DNA from: an uncultured Candidatus Nemicrothrix sp.
GTDB lineage: Bacteria > Actinomycetota > Acidimicrobiia > Acidimicrobiales > Aldehydirespiratoraceae
DNA: 50,431 nt
Assembly: GCA_964513285.1 (NCBI GenBank)
Contig: CAZEML010000005.1
Span: forward strand, 1 to 50,431
Direction of reading: 5' to 3'
The position numbers were made by a program, and so were the translations under genes. This document shows positions 17,629 through 25,925 of this stretch, piece by piece; position 1 is the stretch's first letter, and every line of letters starts with the position of its first letter. Below the pieces are notes generated by a model. It was not told the origin of the DNA, searched no databases, and worked only from the letters and a program-made list of their open reading frames with translations.

Positions 17629-20273
17629 TGTCGGTCGCCAGTGACGACCTGGCGGTGGTCGTCGGCGCGGCGTCGACCGGGTCCGATGACGTCCTCGCCG
17701 CCGCGGTCGAAGCCTCGCTCGCGGCGGCTCCGGTCGAGCTGGGTGCCGCTGATGAGCACCACCGTCGAGTCCGGCGGGCACTCGTTGACGCCGGCCGATT
17801 CGGCCCGATCCCGGACCTCGACTACCGCCACGCACGCGTGTTGGTTCAGCTGGGCGATCTCGAGGGTGCGATCGAGCGGATCGATGCCGCCGCGGCTGGC
17901 TTTCGGTCCGCCGGGCGGTCCTTCGACGCCCTCCGGACCGGTCTTGGCCGGATCCACGCCCTCGGTGACTGCGGTCGGCATCGAGAAGGAATCGAGACCG
18001 GGCAGGCCGCGTTGGCCGAGATCACCCGCCTGATCGACACGGGCGCACTCGATCCTGACGACGAGAGCGTTCAGCGGACACGCGCAGCGTTCGACGAGAA
18101 CACCGCCACGGCGTTGGGCTACCTCGGCCGTCACGCCGAAGCCTCGACTCGTCTCGAAGCCGCGAGCGAGGCCTATGGCCGGCTGGGACTCGACGACGAC
18201 GCCAATCGGGCGCAGGCGATCCTGGGCATCGAACTCATGAACGCGGGGCGGCTCGCCGAGGCGGACCGAACGCTCTTGGTGGTTCAGAGCCGCTTCGATG
18301 CGCGCGGCGACGCATTCGAGGTCGCCAAGTGCCAGAGCCGTCGAGGGACGATCGCGCTGCGAGCTGGGCGCTGGGACGATGCCCTCTCGCTCCTGCAGAA
18401 GGCGGCGACGACCATGACGCGCCTCGACGCCGGTCCAGAGCGGGTCCGGGCCCTCGCCGCCCGCGCCTTCGTCCATCTCAGCCTCGGGCTCGTCGAGGAG
18501 GCGATCGCCGGCTACACGGTGGTGGCCGAGTCGAGCGGAACGATGGGTCTGGACACCGAGCTCGCCCACGCGTCGTTCGGACTCGGCATCGCGCTCGGCC
18601 GTCAGCAGCGGCGAGATGAGGGCAGCCGCGCGCTGGGACGGGCGATCGCGCTGTTCGAGAGCGTCGGGGATCAACCGATGGTCGCGCGCTGCCTTCTGGC
18701 CTTGAGCGACGTCGACGACGACCCGATCGAGCACGCCCTCGCCGCCCTCGACCTGCTCGACCCCGAGGAACGGCCCGCCGATGCCGCCTTCGCCCACCTT
18801 CGGGTTGCGGGTCTGGGACACGATGTCGAGTCTCACCTGCGAGCGGCCGAAGATCTGGCCGCCCCGCTGGGGTCGCCGCATCTGGATTGGCGGGTGGCAT
18901 TCGCGCTCGCATCGCATGCCCACGATCAGGGGCGTTCTGCTGACGCGTTCGCCCACGCCCAGGTCGCCGTCGACATCGTCGACGGCATCCGGTCGTCGGC
19001 CCCCTCCGAACTGCTGCGTGACTCGATCGCCGGCGACCGGCGAGCGCCAGCCGTGCTGCTCGCGACCCTGTGCGAGCAGCTGGGTGACTTCGCCCGCGCT
19101 GCGGAGATCGCCGACCAGGCGAGACCGCTGCACCGCCATGCGCCCCCGATGCCGCGAACGACGCGACCGCATCGCCTCGACGACCTCTATACCGACCTCC
19201 TGCGGCTCCCGGCGATGGCCACGGAGCAGGTCCGCGAGGAGATTCGTGGCCTCGAGCAGCGGGATGCGAGCGCGACCGACGTCGGCACCGGCAGCGACCA
19301 GACCGTGGTGGTGTTCCAGCGGAGCCTCGAGGGCTTCGTCGGTCTGCTCCGACGTGCCGGGACATGGTCGCGCTTTGCGCTGACGGCAACCGATGGCGAC
19401 GTCGACCGGGCGGTCGGCGATCTCGCCGCGCACTGGCGCCGCATGGTGGTTCCGGGCCTCGCTGACCGGCACGGGGACGAATTGCAGCTGCTCAGTGTCG
19501 AAGCGATCCGGCAGGTGGAGAAGCTGCTGTGGGCCCCGATCGCTGATCGACTTGCGCAGGCCGAGCCGGTGGTGGTCGTCGCCGATGGGATCCTCGCCGG
19601 CGTTCCGTTCCACGCATTCGCAGCGAACCGGGACCGGGTGCTGTCCGTCGCCCCTTCGGTTGGGCTGGCGGACTCGCTCGCACATCGTCGTCCGGCCTCG
19701 GGCGTTGTCGTCTTCGGTGTGCCGGACATGCAGGCACCGGCGGTCGGGGAAGAGGCGCGTCGAGTCGCTGCTGTCCACGATGGCGCGGTGCTCCGGATCG
19801 GCAACGATGCGAGCCATGAGGCTTTGGTCGCTGCCTTGCCGTCGGCGGGGATTGTGCACCTGGCTGCCCACGGTCTTCACCGCCCCGACAACCCCCGGTA
19901 CTCCGCGATCCGCCTGGGAGATCTGTGGCTGACTGCGACCCGTGCCGAGGCGCTGCGTCTCGACGGCCAGATCGTCATCCTGAGCGCGTGCGATGTGGGC
20001 ATCGATGCCGTCGCCCACGAGGCCTCGCCGATCGGTGGACTTCCTCGTGCGTTCCTCGCTGCCGGTGCCTCTGCGGTGATCGCAGCGGCGTGGCCGGTCG
20101 ACGACCAGATCACCTTGGAGTTCATGGTGCACCTGCACGAGGCATTGCGTGCCGGCGAGTCGTCTGCGGAAGCGGTCCGTCGAGCCCGATCGATGGTCGC
20201 TCTCCGCCACCCCCATCCGTTTCATTGGGCCGCGTTTCACCATGTGGGCGCCGGCCAACCCGAAGGAGCATGA
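17625..20273 (+). CDS. TPR-repeat + CHAT (caspase-like, clan CD) protease
   Basis: Helical TPR-like N-terminus; CHAT motifs LAGVPFHA, VHLAAHG (His), ILSACDVG (Cys), GLPRAFLAAGA, WPVDD, HPFHWAAF. Confidence 0.92.
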   Translation: MMSVASDDLAVVVGAASTGSDDVLAAAVEASLAAAPVELGAADEHHRRVRRALVDAGRFGPIPDLDYRHARVLVQLGDLEGAIERIDAAAAGFRSAGRSFDALRTGLGRIHALGDCGRHREGIETGQAALAEITRLIDTGALDPDDESVQRTRAAFDENTATALGYLGRHAEASTRLEAASEAYGRLGLDDDANRAQAILGIELMNAGRLAEADRTLLVVQSRFDARGDAFEVAKCQSRRGTIALRAGRWDDALSLLQKAATTMTRLDAGPERVRALAARAFVHLSLGLVEEAIAGYTVVAESSGTMGLDTELAHASFGLGIALGRQQRRDEGSRALGRAIALFESVGDQPMVARCLLALSDVDDDPIEHALAALDLLDPEERPADAAFAHLRVAGLGHDVESHLRAAEDLAAPLGSPHLDWRVAFALASHAHDQGRSADAFAHAQVAVDIVDGIRSSAPSELLRDSIAGDRRAPAVLLATLCEQLGDFARAAEIADQARPLHRHAPPMPRTTRPHRLDDLYTDLLRLPAMATEQVREEIRGLEQRDASATDVGTGSDQTVVVFQRSLEGFVGLLRRAGTWSRFALTATDGDVDRAVGDLAAHWRRMVVPGLADRHGDELQLLSVEAIRQVEKLLWAPIADRLAQAEPVVVVADGILAGVPFHAFAANRDRVLSVAPSVGLADSLAHRRPASGVVVFGVPDMQAPAVGEEARRVAAVHDGAVLRIGNDASHEALVAALPSAGIVHLAAHGLHRPDNPRYSAIRLGDLWLTATRAEALRLDGQIVILSACDVGIDAVAHEASPIGGLPRAFLAAGASAVIAAAWPVDDQITLEFMVHLHEALRAGESSAEAVRRARSMVALRHPHPFHWAAFHHVGAGQPEGA

Positions 20274-21457
20274 TGCGCCGAATTGTTTCTGTTCTGCTCG
20301 CTGCGATGGTCATGACCGTCGCGCTGGCGAATCCCGCCGCAGCGAAGAAGAGCGACGAGCCCGAGATGCTGGTGATCCGTGTCACCAGCGGCGAAGTGGA
20401 GGATCTCGCCGACGAGCACGACTTCGCGGTGGTCGACACGCTGATCGCAAGCCGCGGTGTGTACGTGATCGAGGTCGTCGATCCTGGGAAGAAGTTCGAG
20501 AAGGATCTCGAGAAGGATCGCCGAGTCGCGTGGGTGGAGGACTACGAGGTTGAGCGGGCCGGCGACGACCACTGGTACGCCTGGCCGGCCACCGAAGTCG
20601 TCGGTGCCGCCGAAGCCGACCTCGGCGGCTGGAGCGAAGCCTTGCGTCTCGACGAGATCCATCAGTCGACGACCGGCGACGGTGTCGTGGTCGCGGTGAT
20701 CGACACCGGGCTGGATGTCTCTCACCCCCATTTCGAGGGACGGGCCAGGGCCGGCTGGGATCTGGTCGACGACGACGCCGACGTCTCCGAGAGCCGGAAC
20801 GGCGTCGACGACGACGGCGACGGTGTCGCGGACGAAGCGTTCGGACATGGCACCCACGTCGCCGGCGTGATCCACATCCTCGCCCCCGACGCAGAGATCG
20901 TCGGCTACCGAGCGCTGAACGACGACGGCGAAGGCGATGTCACGCTCATCGCCGAGGCGATCAACATGGCCGTCGAGGACGGTGCGGACGTGATCAACCT
21001 GAGTTTCGGCACCGCCACGAAGCCGAAGTCGAAGCTCCTGAAAGAGGCGCTCAAGGACGCCAAGTCCGAGGGCGTGACGGTCGTGGCCGCCGCTGGCAAC
21101 GACGGCGGCAGCGCCAAGCGGTACCCCGCTGCGGAGAAGGACGTGGTGTCGGTCGGGGCGTTCAACCACGGCGGATCTGGATCAGCGACCTTCAGCTCGC
21201 GGGGGAAGTGGGTTGACGTCTCCGCCCCCGGCGTCGATGTGACCAGCGCGCTACCGGGAGGTGGCTATGGCACCTGGAGCGGTACGTCGATGGCGGCACC
21301 GGTCGTGACCGGGCAGGCCGCGCTCTTGTACCAGCTCGATCCCGACCCTAAGCCGAGTGACGTACGCAAGTGGATCCGAGACAGCGCGGACAAGGACGGC
21401 GGCGACACCGACAAGGGTCGGATCAACATCTTCGACAGCCTCCGCAAGGCCAGATAG
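20270..21457 (+). CDS. Secreted S8 (subtilisin-like) serine peptidase
   Basis: Signal peptide ending NPAAA; triad VIDTG / HGTHVAG / GTSMAAP; oxyanion AAAGN; AAGGAG SD; ATGA overlap with CHAT stop. Confidence 0.93.
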   Translation: MMRRIVSVLLAAMVMTVALANPAAAKKSDEPEMLVIRVTSGEVEDLADEHDFAVVDTLIASRGVYVIEVVDPGKKFEKDLEKDRRVAWVEDYEVERAGDDHWYAWPATEVVGAAEADLGGWSEALRLDEIHQSTTGDGVVVAVIDTGLDVSHPHFEGRARAGWDLVDDDADVSESRNGVDDDGDGVADEAFGHGTHVAGVIHILAPDAEIVGYRALNDDGEGDVTLIAEAINMAVEDGADVINLSFGTATKPKSKLLKEALKDAKSEGVTVVAAAGNDGGSAKRYPAAEKDVVSVGAFNHGGSGSATFSSRGKWVDVSAPGVDVTSALPGGGYGTWSGTSMAAPVVTGQAALLYQLDPDPKPSDVRKWIRDSADKDGGDTDKGRINIFDSLRKAR

Positions 21458-21495
21458 CGGGACGGCCCGGACGGGCCCACATCGAGATCAACCAG

Positions 21496-21536
21496 CAGCG
21501 ACGGTCGGGTGATGATCCGGCCGTCGCTGTATTTCT
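21496..21536 (+). terminator. Intrinsic terminator after the sigma-CHAT-S8 operon
   Basis: 15-bp stem CAGCGACGGTCGGGT/ATCCGGCCGTCGCTG (2 G-U pairs), loop GATG, followed by TATTTCT. Confidence 0.65.
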
Positions 21537-21558
21537 GCGGTGCGTTTCGGGCACTGGT
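21528..21558 (+). promoter_or_regulatory. Putative ECF-sigma promoter copy 2: TGTATTTC-N15-GCACTGGT
   Basis: Upstream of the giant glycan-assembly gene; favours the GTG start at 21600 over 21540. Confidence 0.7.
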
Positions 21559-21599
21559 TCGTTGGCGTGCGAGGGACGGACGCCGGAACGGACCCGGTC

Positions 21600-24500
21600 G
21601 TGGAAACCCTCACCTCCAAAGCGACTCCACTGGAGGCGACCGTCGCCCCCCAGCCGAGCGCGTTCAGCCGGTACCGGGGTTGGCGCCTCGTCGTGAAGCG
21701 GTCCGGCGATCGTGTCGTTGCCGCAGGAATCCTCTTGCTCCTCGCGCCGCTGCTCCTCGTCATTGGGGTGGCGGTGCGAGTGACCTCTCCCGGCCCGAGC
21801 CTGTTCCGCCAATACCGGGTCGGCCGCGGGGGTGAGCTGTTCGTCATCTACAAGTTCCGCACGATGCGGAGCGACGCCGAGTCGTGGCTCGCCGCTCAAC
21901 CCGACCTCGCCCAGCAGCACCGAGACAACGACTTCAAGCTGGCGATCGAGGACGACGTTCGCATCACGCCACTCGGCCGGTTCTTGCGGCGCACGTCCTT
22001 GGACGAGCTGCCCCAACTCGTCAACGTCCTGCGCGGGGAGATGAGCCTCGTCGGACCCAGGCCGGTCGTGCCCGATGAGGCGGCCCGCTACGAGCAGTAC
22101 CTCCCGTCCTACTACGCGGCGTACCCCGGCTTGACCGGGCTCTGGCAGGTATCGGGCCACGAGGCGGTCGGCTACCCCGAGCGGGCGCGCCTCGACGCCG
22201 ACTATGTGGAGAGCTGGAGTCTTCGCCAAGACTTCTCGATCGCGGCGCGGACCGTCCCGGAGATGATCCGCAGCCGTCGAGCCCCACGACCAACCCTCAT
22301 CGACCTGCGGTCGGCCCCGTCGGTGTCGCTGGTGGTCTCGACGATCGGTCGCCCGGCGGAGCTGACCCGACTGCTGGCATCGGTTGAGCGCGAGGCGGAG
22401 CTCGTCCAGCTCGAGGTGATCGTCGTGGACCAGAGCGACGGCGCCGCAACCGCCGATGTCGTCGACTGCTTTCGCGACAGCCTCCTGATTCGCCACGTGC
22501 CGTGTGAGCGAACGGGCGTGTCGCTGGGCCGCAACCGTGGCCTCGCCGAGGCGCGCGGACGCTATGTGATGTTCCCCGACGATGACGCCTGGCTATCGGG
22601 CACGACCCTGCAGCGAGCGGTGACGTTCTTGGAGGCCAACTTCGACGTTGACGGGTACTCGGCTCGGCTCGCCGACGAGCGCGGTGCGAACAGCATGTTG
22701 CGGTGGCGACGGCGCGCCCAGTGGGTCACCCGTCGCAACCATCATCAGACCTCGATCGGTTCGGCGCTCATCGTGCGTCGCTCGGCGGCTCACCGAGTCG
22801 CGGGGTTCGACGAGCAGATGGGTCCGGGCGCCGGCACCTGGTACGGGTCGTGTGAAGATGCGGACTTCCTCCTGAAGGTCGTCGGGCGGGGTCGCGTCTG
22901 GTACGACCCGCTCGCCGTCGTCCATCATCGAGACGACCGGTCCGATGAGGGCGATCATGCGGTGGCCAAGTCGTTCGCCTACGGCTGTGGGCAGGGCCGC
23001 CTGTGGCGTCGGCACCTTCCCCTTCCATGGGCGCTCCTCCTGCTCGCTCGCCGACTGGGAAGTTCGGTCGTCGCTGACCTGCGCGTGAGCCCCGGGGTGG
23101 GGCGGGTTCGTCGGGCGTGGGTTCGAGGCGCAGCCAACGGTCTCCTCGCCCGGCCACCCCTCGACATCGAGTTGGACGGACGCGTCGCTGCGCCGACACC
23201 AGCCCGAGAGTCGGCGCCGACGACCGGTGAGTTCGGCACGTCGTTTCGGTGGCGCCTGTTGCTGTCGGCGGCCGGTGTCACCGCGAGCTTCTCGCTGACC
23301 GTGTTCGCGGCACGAACCTTCGGGGCTGCCGAGCTGTCGGCGTTCTACGTGTTGGTGTCAGCACTGGCGATCGGGCCCGTCCTCGGCCGCTTCGGCTACG
23401 GAACCCACATCGTCCAGCGGCTCGGCGAGCTACGCGCAACCGCGGACTTCGACGTCGCCGTCGCGGCGGGACGCGCCGCGGTGCGCTCGACGTTCCTTCC
23501 CTCGGTCGGGGGCGCGGTTGTGCTCTCGAGTGTGCTGCTCGGGACCGTTCCTGGTGGTCGCTCGGCACCGGTCCTCGCCTGCGCCGCGGCGGTGGTCGCC
23601 GCGGAGTCGGTGCGAATGACGTATTCGGACGTGTTTCTCGGGCTCGGGCTCCCTCGGTGGAGCGCAGGCCTCGCCCATCAACTCCGAGCGGTCGTCGTCG
23701 TGGCCTCGGTGGGTGCTCTGGCCGCGGTCGGTGTGGCCTTCGACCTCCTCACAGTGCTCGCGGTGATGGTCGGCTGTGGCCTGCTGTTCGTCGGGATCGG
23801 CGCGGTCCGTCTGACCGCGCTCCAGGCAGAACGAGGCGCTCATACGGCAGAGGAGCGGCCGCTGCGGGCGCTGGTGTCGATCGGCGTCCCGTTCATGGTC
23901 GTCGACCTCGTCGCCCTCGCCGTCGCTCGCGGCGACGTGTGGATCTCATCGCTGGTGTTCGGGGAGGACGATGCGTCGCTGTACGGCACCGCGTCGATCC
24001 TGGCGATGCAGCTCGCCATCCCGGTGGGGCTCGCGAATGTCGCGCTCGCCCCGGTCGCCGCTGGCTACCTGAGCCAACGACGCACGGCCGAGCTCGAACG
24101 GCTCGTGCGGCGCCTCGTCACCGGACTCACGATCTTCGCGGTGCTCTCTCTGGTCGTCGTGGTCGCCGCTGGGTCCATCGGACTTCGCGTCGCGTTCGGC
24201 GAGCGTTTCGCCGACGCCCAACTCGAACTGATCATCCTGACGATCGGGAACCTCGGGCTGGTGGTGTTCGGCATGAGTCCGGTGGTGTTGGTGATGGCGG
24301 GGCGTCAGCGGCTGGCCATGCGGTTGTCGGCCGCCTGGCTCGGGTCTGCGGTGCCCTCGATGGTGGTGGCTGCCCTGCTCGCGGGCCGGGTTGGTCTCGC
24401 GATCGCATCGGCGACCGCGACGATCGGACTCGTGCTCGTGCTCGCTGTGGCCACATGGGTCACCACCGGGGTGGTCGTCACGCCGTACCTCTGGACCCGT

Positions 24501-25925
24501 CGGCGCCGGGGCGTCCGCCGCCGAGAGGACGTCCAGCGGTCCGTGCGCCGGTCGACGGTGGCGCGGGCACCCCGTTCGGTGTGGTGGTTGTGGCCGGCCG
24601 CGCCGCTCGTGCTCGTGACGATCCCGACCCTGGTGCTGTCAGGAGTGATCGATGAGGCGACCTTCGTCTCCGCGTGGCGCACGCCGAAGGCGATGGATCT
24701 CTCGACGTTCACGACCCTGCTCGGTGGGGCCCTCGCGCTGTTGGTCGGCATGTCGGCCCGCGCGCTCGTCCGGCGCACCCCCGCTCAGATTCCGCCGAGC
24801 CGGTTCGTGGCCTCGATTCCGACCCGCCGGCTCGAAGCGGCGTTCCAGCTGCTCGTCGCGGCGACCATGCTCGGGTACGCCGCGTGGATCAGCAACGGTG
24901 TGGTCAACGCTGGCCTCCGACTCTCCGATGTCGTCGACTTGCTCGCGACCCAGGACAACTCCGGCCTGGCACTGAAGGCCAAACTTCCGACGATCGCCGG
25001 GGTCACGACACTCACCCAGTTGGCGATCGCCGCGGTCATCATCGGTGTCGTCATCGACCTTCGTCGACCGACCCGTTGGGTACGTGTGACCTACCGACTC
25101 GTGATCGCTCTGGCTCTCGTACGTTCGTTCATGCTGGCCGAACGCCTCGCCGCGATCGAACTCCTCGTACCACTTGTCACCTTGCGGGTCGTCGCCGCAT
25201 TCATTCGGGGCAATCGAGAGCAACGGCTCGGTGTCGCGCTGGCTCCGGCGTTCGCCGCGATCCTGCTGGTGACGGCCTTCGTCGGGTCCGAGGCGAGCCG
25301 CAGCTGGAACTTCTATCGGGACCAACGCGAGCAGTCGCTCGTGGCGTTCGGGACCGAGCGGCTCCTCGGCTACTACGTGACCGCCCACAACAACGGGGCG
25401 ATCCTGCTCGACGAGGACACCCCGTCGACCGGCGTGCCGTTTGAGACCATCGCGTTCTTCTGGGAGGCGCCGCTCGACCCATTCGGGCCCGGGACGCCCG
25501 TACCCTTCGACGGGCCGGCGGTGGTCGCGGAAGCGGTCGACCATCGCAGCGAGGCACTCGGGCGGTCAGGCAATCCCGAGTTCAACAGTCCGAGCGGACT
25601 GGCCGCTCCGTTCGTGGACTTCGGCGTCGTGGGCGGCCTCGCGTTCTTCCTCGCCGCCGGCTTGGTGATCGGTGCGCTGCACACCGGCCTACTCCAGGGC
25701 ACCAGCTGGGGAGTCTTCTTCTACCCGGTGATGTTCGTCGGGCTGCTCGAGCTCCCGCGGTACCAGTACTGGGCGCAGGGCCGTTCGACGCCGGCGTTGG
25801 TCGCGCTGGCGCTCGTCGCGGTCGTCGGCAGTCGACTCGACCGCCTCACCGCGACGCCGCCGCTGGTCGCGGACGTGCCCTACTTCGCCGACTGGGGTCG
25901 CCGCCTGGGTGAGGAGGCCACATGA
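21600..25925 (+). CDS. Multidomain polysaccharide assembly protein: priming phosphoglycosyl transferase + GT2 + Wzx-like flippase + Wzy-like polymerase
   Basis: PGT KFRTM, DVRITPLGRFLRRTSLDELPQLVNVLRGEMSLVGPRP (~21680-22270); GT2 VVSTIGR, VVDQS, FPDDD (~22320-23150); multi-TM flippase-like (~23230-24500); Wzy-like ERLLGYY, NPEFN, FVDFG (~24580-25900); no internal stop. Confidence 0.8.
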   Translation: METLTSKATPLEATVAPQPSAFSRYRGWRLVVKRSGDRVVAAGILLLLAPLLLVIGVAVRVTSPGPSLFRQYRVGRGGELFVIYKFRTMRSDAESWLAAQPDLAQQHRDNDFKLAIEDDVRITPLGRFLRRTSLDELPQLVNVLRGEMSLVGPRPVVPDEAARYEQYLPSYYAAYPGLTGLWQVSGHEAVGYPERARLDADYVESWSLRQDFSIAARTVPEMIRSRRAPRPTLIDLRSAPSVSLVVSTIGRPAELTRLLASVEREAELVQLEVIVVDQSDGAATADVVDCFRDSLLIRHVPCERTGVSLGRNRGLAEARGRYVMFPDDDAWLSGTTLQRAVTFLEANFDVDGYSARLADERGANSMLRWRRRAQWVTRRNHHQTSIGSALIVRRSAAHRVAGFDEQMGPGAGTWYGSCEDADFLLKVVGRGRVWYDPLAVVHHRDDRSDEGDHAVAKSFAYGCGQGRLWRRHLPLPWALLLLARRLGSSVVADLRVSPGVGRVRRAWVRGAANGLLARPPLDIELDGRVAAPTPARESAPTTGEFGTSFRWRLLLSAAGVTASFSLTVFAARTFGAAELSAFYVLVSALAIGPVLGRFGYGTHIVQRLGELRATADFDVAVAAGRAAVRSTFLPSVGGAVVLSSVLLGTVPGGRSAPVLACAAAVVAAESVRMTYSDVFLGLGLPRWSAGLAHQLRAVVVVASVGALAAVGVAFDLLTVLAVMVGCGLLFVGIGAVRLTALQAERGAHTAEERPLRALVSIGVPFMVVDLVALAVARGDVWISSLVFGEDDASLYGTASILAMQLAIPVGLANVALAPVAAGYLSQRRTAELERLVRRLVTGLTIFAVLSLVVVVAAGSIGLRVAFGERFADAQLELIILTIGNLGLVVFGMSPVVLVMAGRQRLAMRLSAAWLGSAVPSMVVAALLAGRVGLAIASATATIGLVLVLAVATWVTTGVVVTPYLWTRRRRGVRRREDVQRSVRRSTVARAPRSVWWLWPAAPLVLVTIPTLVLSGVIDEATFVSAWRTPKAMDLSTFTTLLGGALALLVGMSARALVRRTPAQIPPSRFVASIPTRRLEAAFQLLVAATMLGYAAWISNGVVNAGLRLSDVVDLLATQDNSGLALKAKLPTIAGVTTLTQLAIAAVIIGVVIDLRRPTRWVRVTYRLVIALALVRSFMLAERLAAIELLVPLVTLRVVAAFIRGNREQRLGVALAPAFAAILLVTAFVGSEASRSWNFYRDQREQSLVAFGTERLLGYYVTAHNNGAILLDEDTPSTGVPFETIAFFWEAPLDPFGPGTPVPFDGPAVVAEAVDHRSEALGRSGNPEFNSPSGLAAPFVDFGVVGGLAFFLAAGLVIGALHTGLLQGTSWGVFFYPVMFVGLLELPRYQYWAQGRSTPALVALALVAVVGSRLDRLTATPPLVADVPYFADWGRRLGEEAT

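Noticed and set aside
16634-21457. Type III-E CRISPR (Craspase) locus
   Set aside because: No cas genes or repeat-spacer array seen; only the sigma/TPR-CHAT logic is analogous
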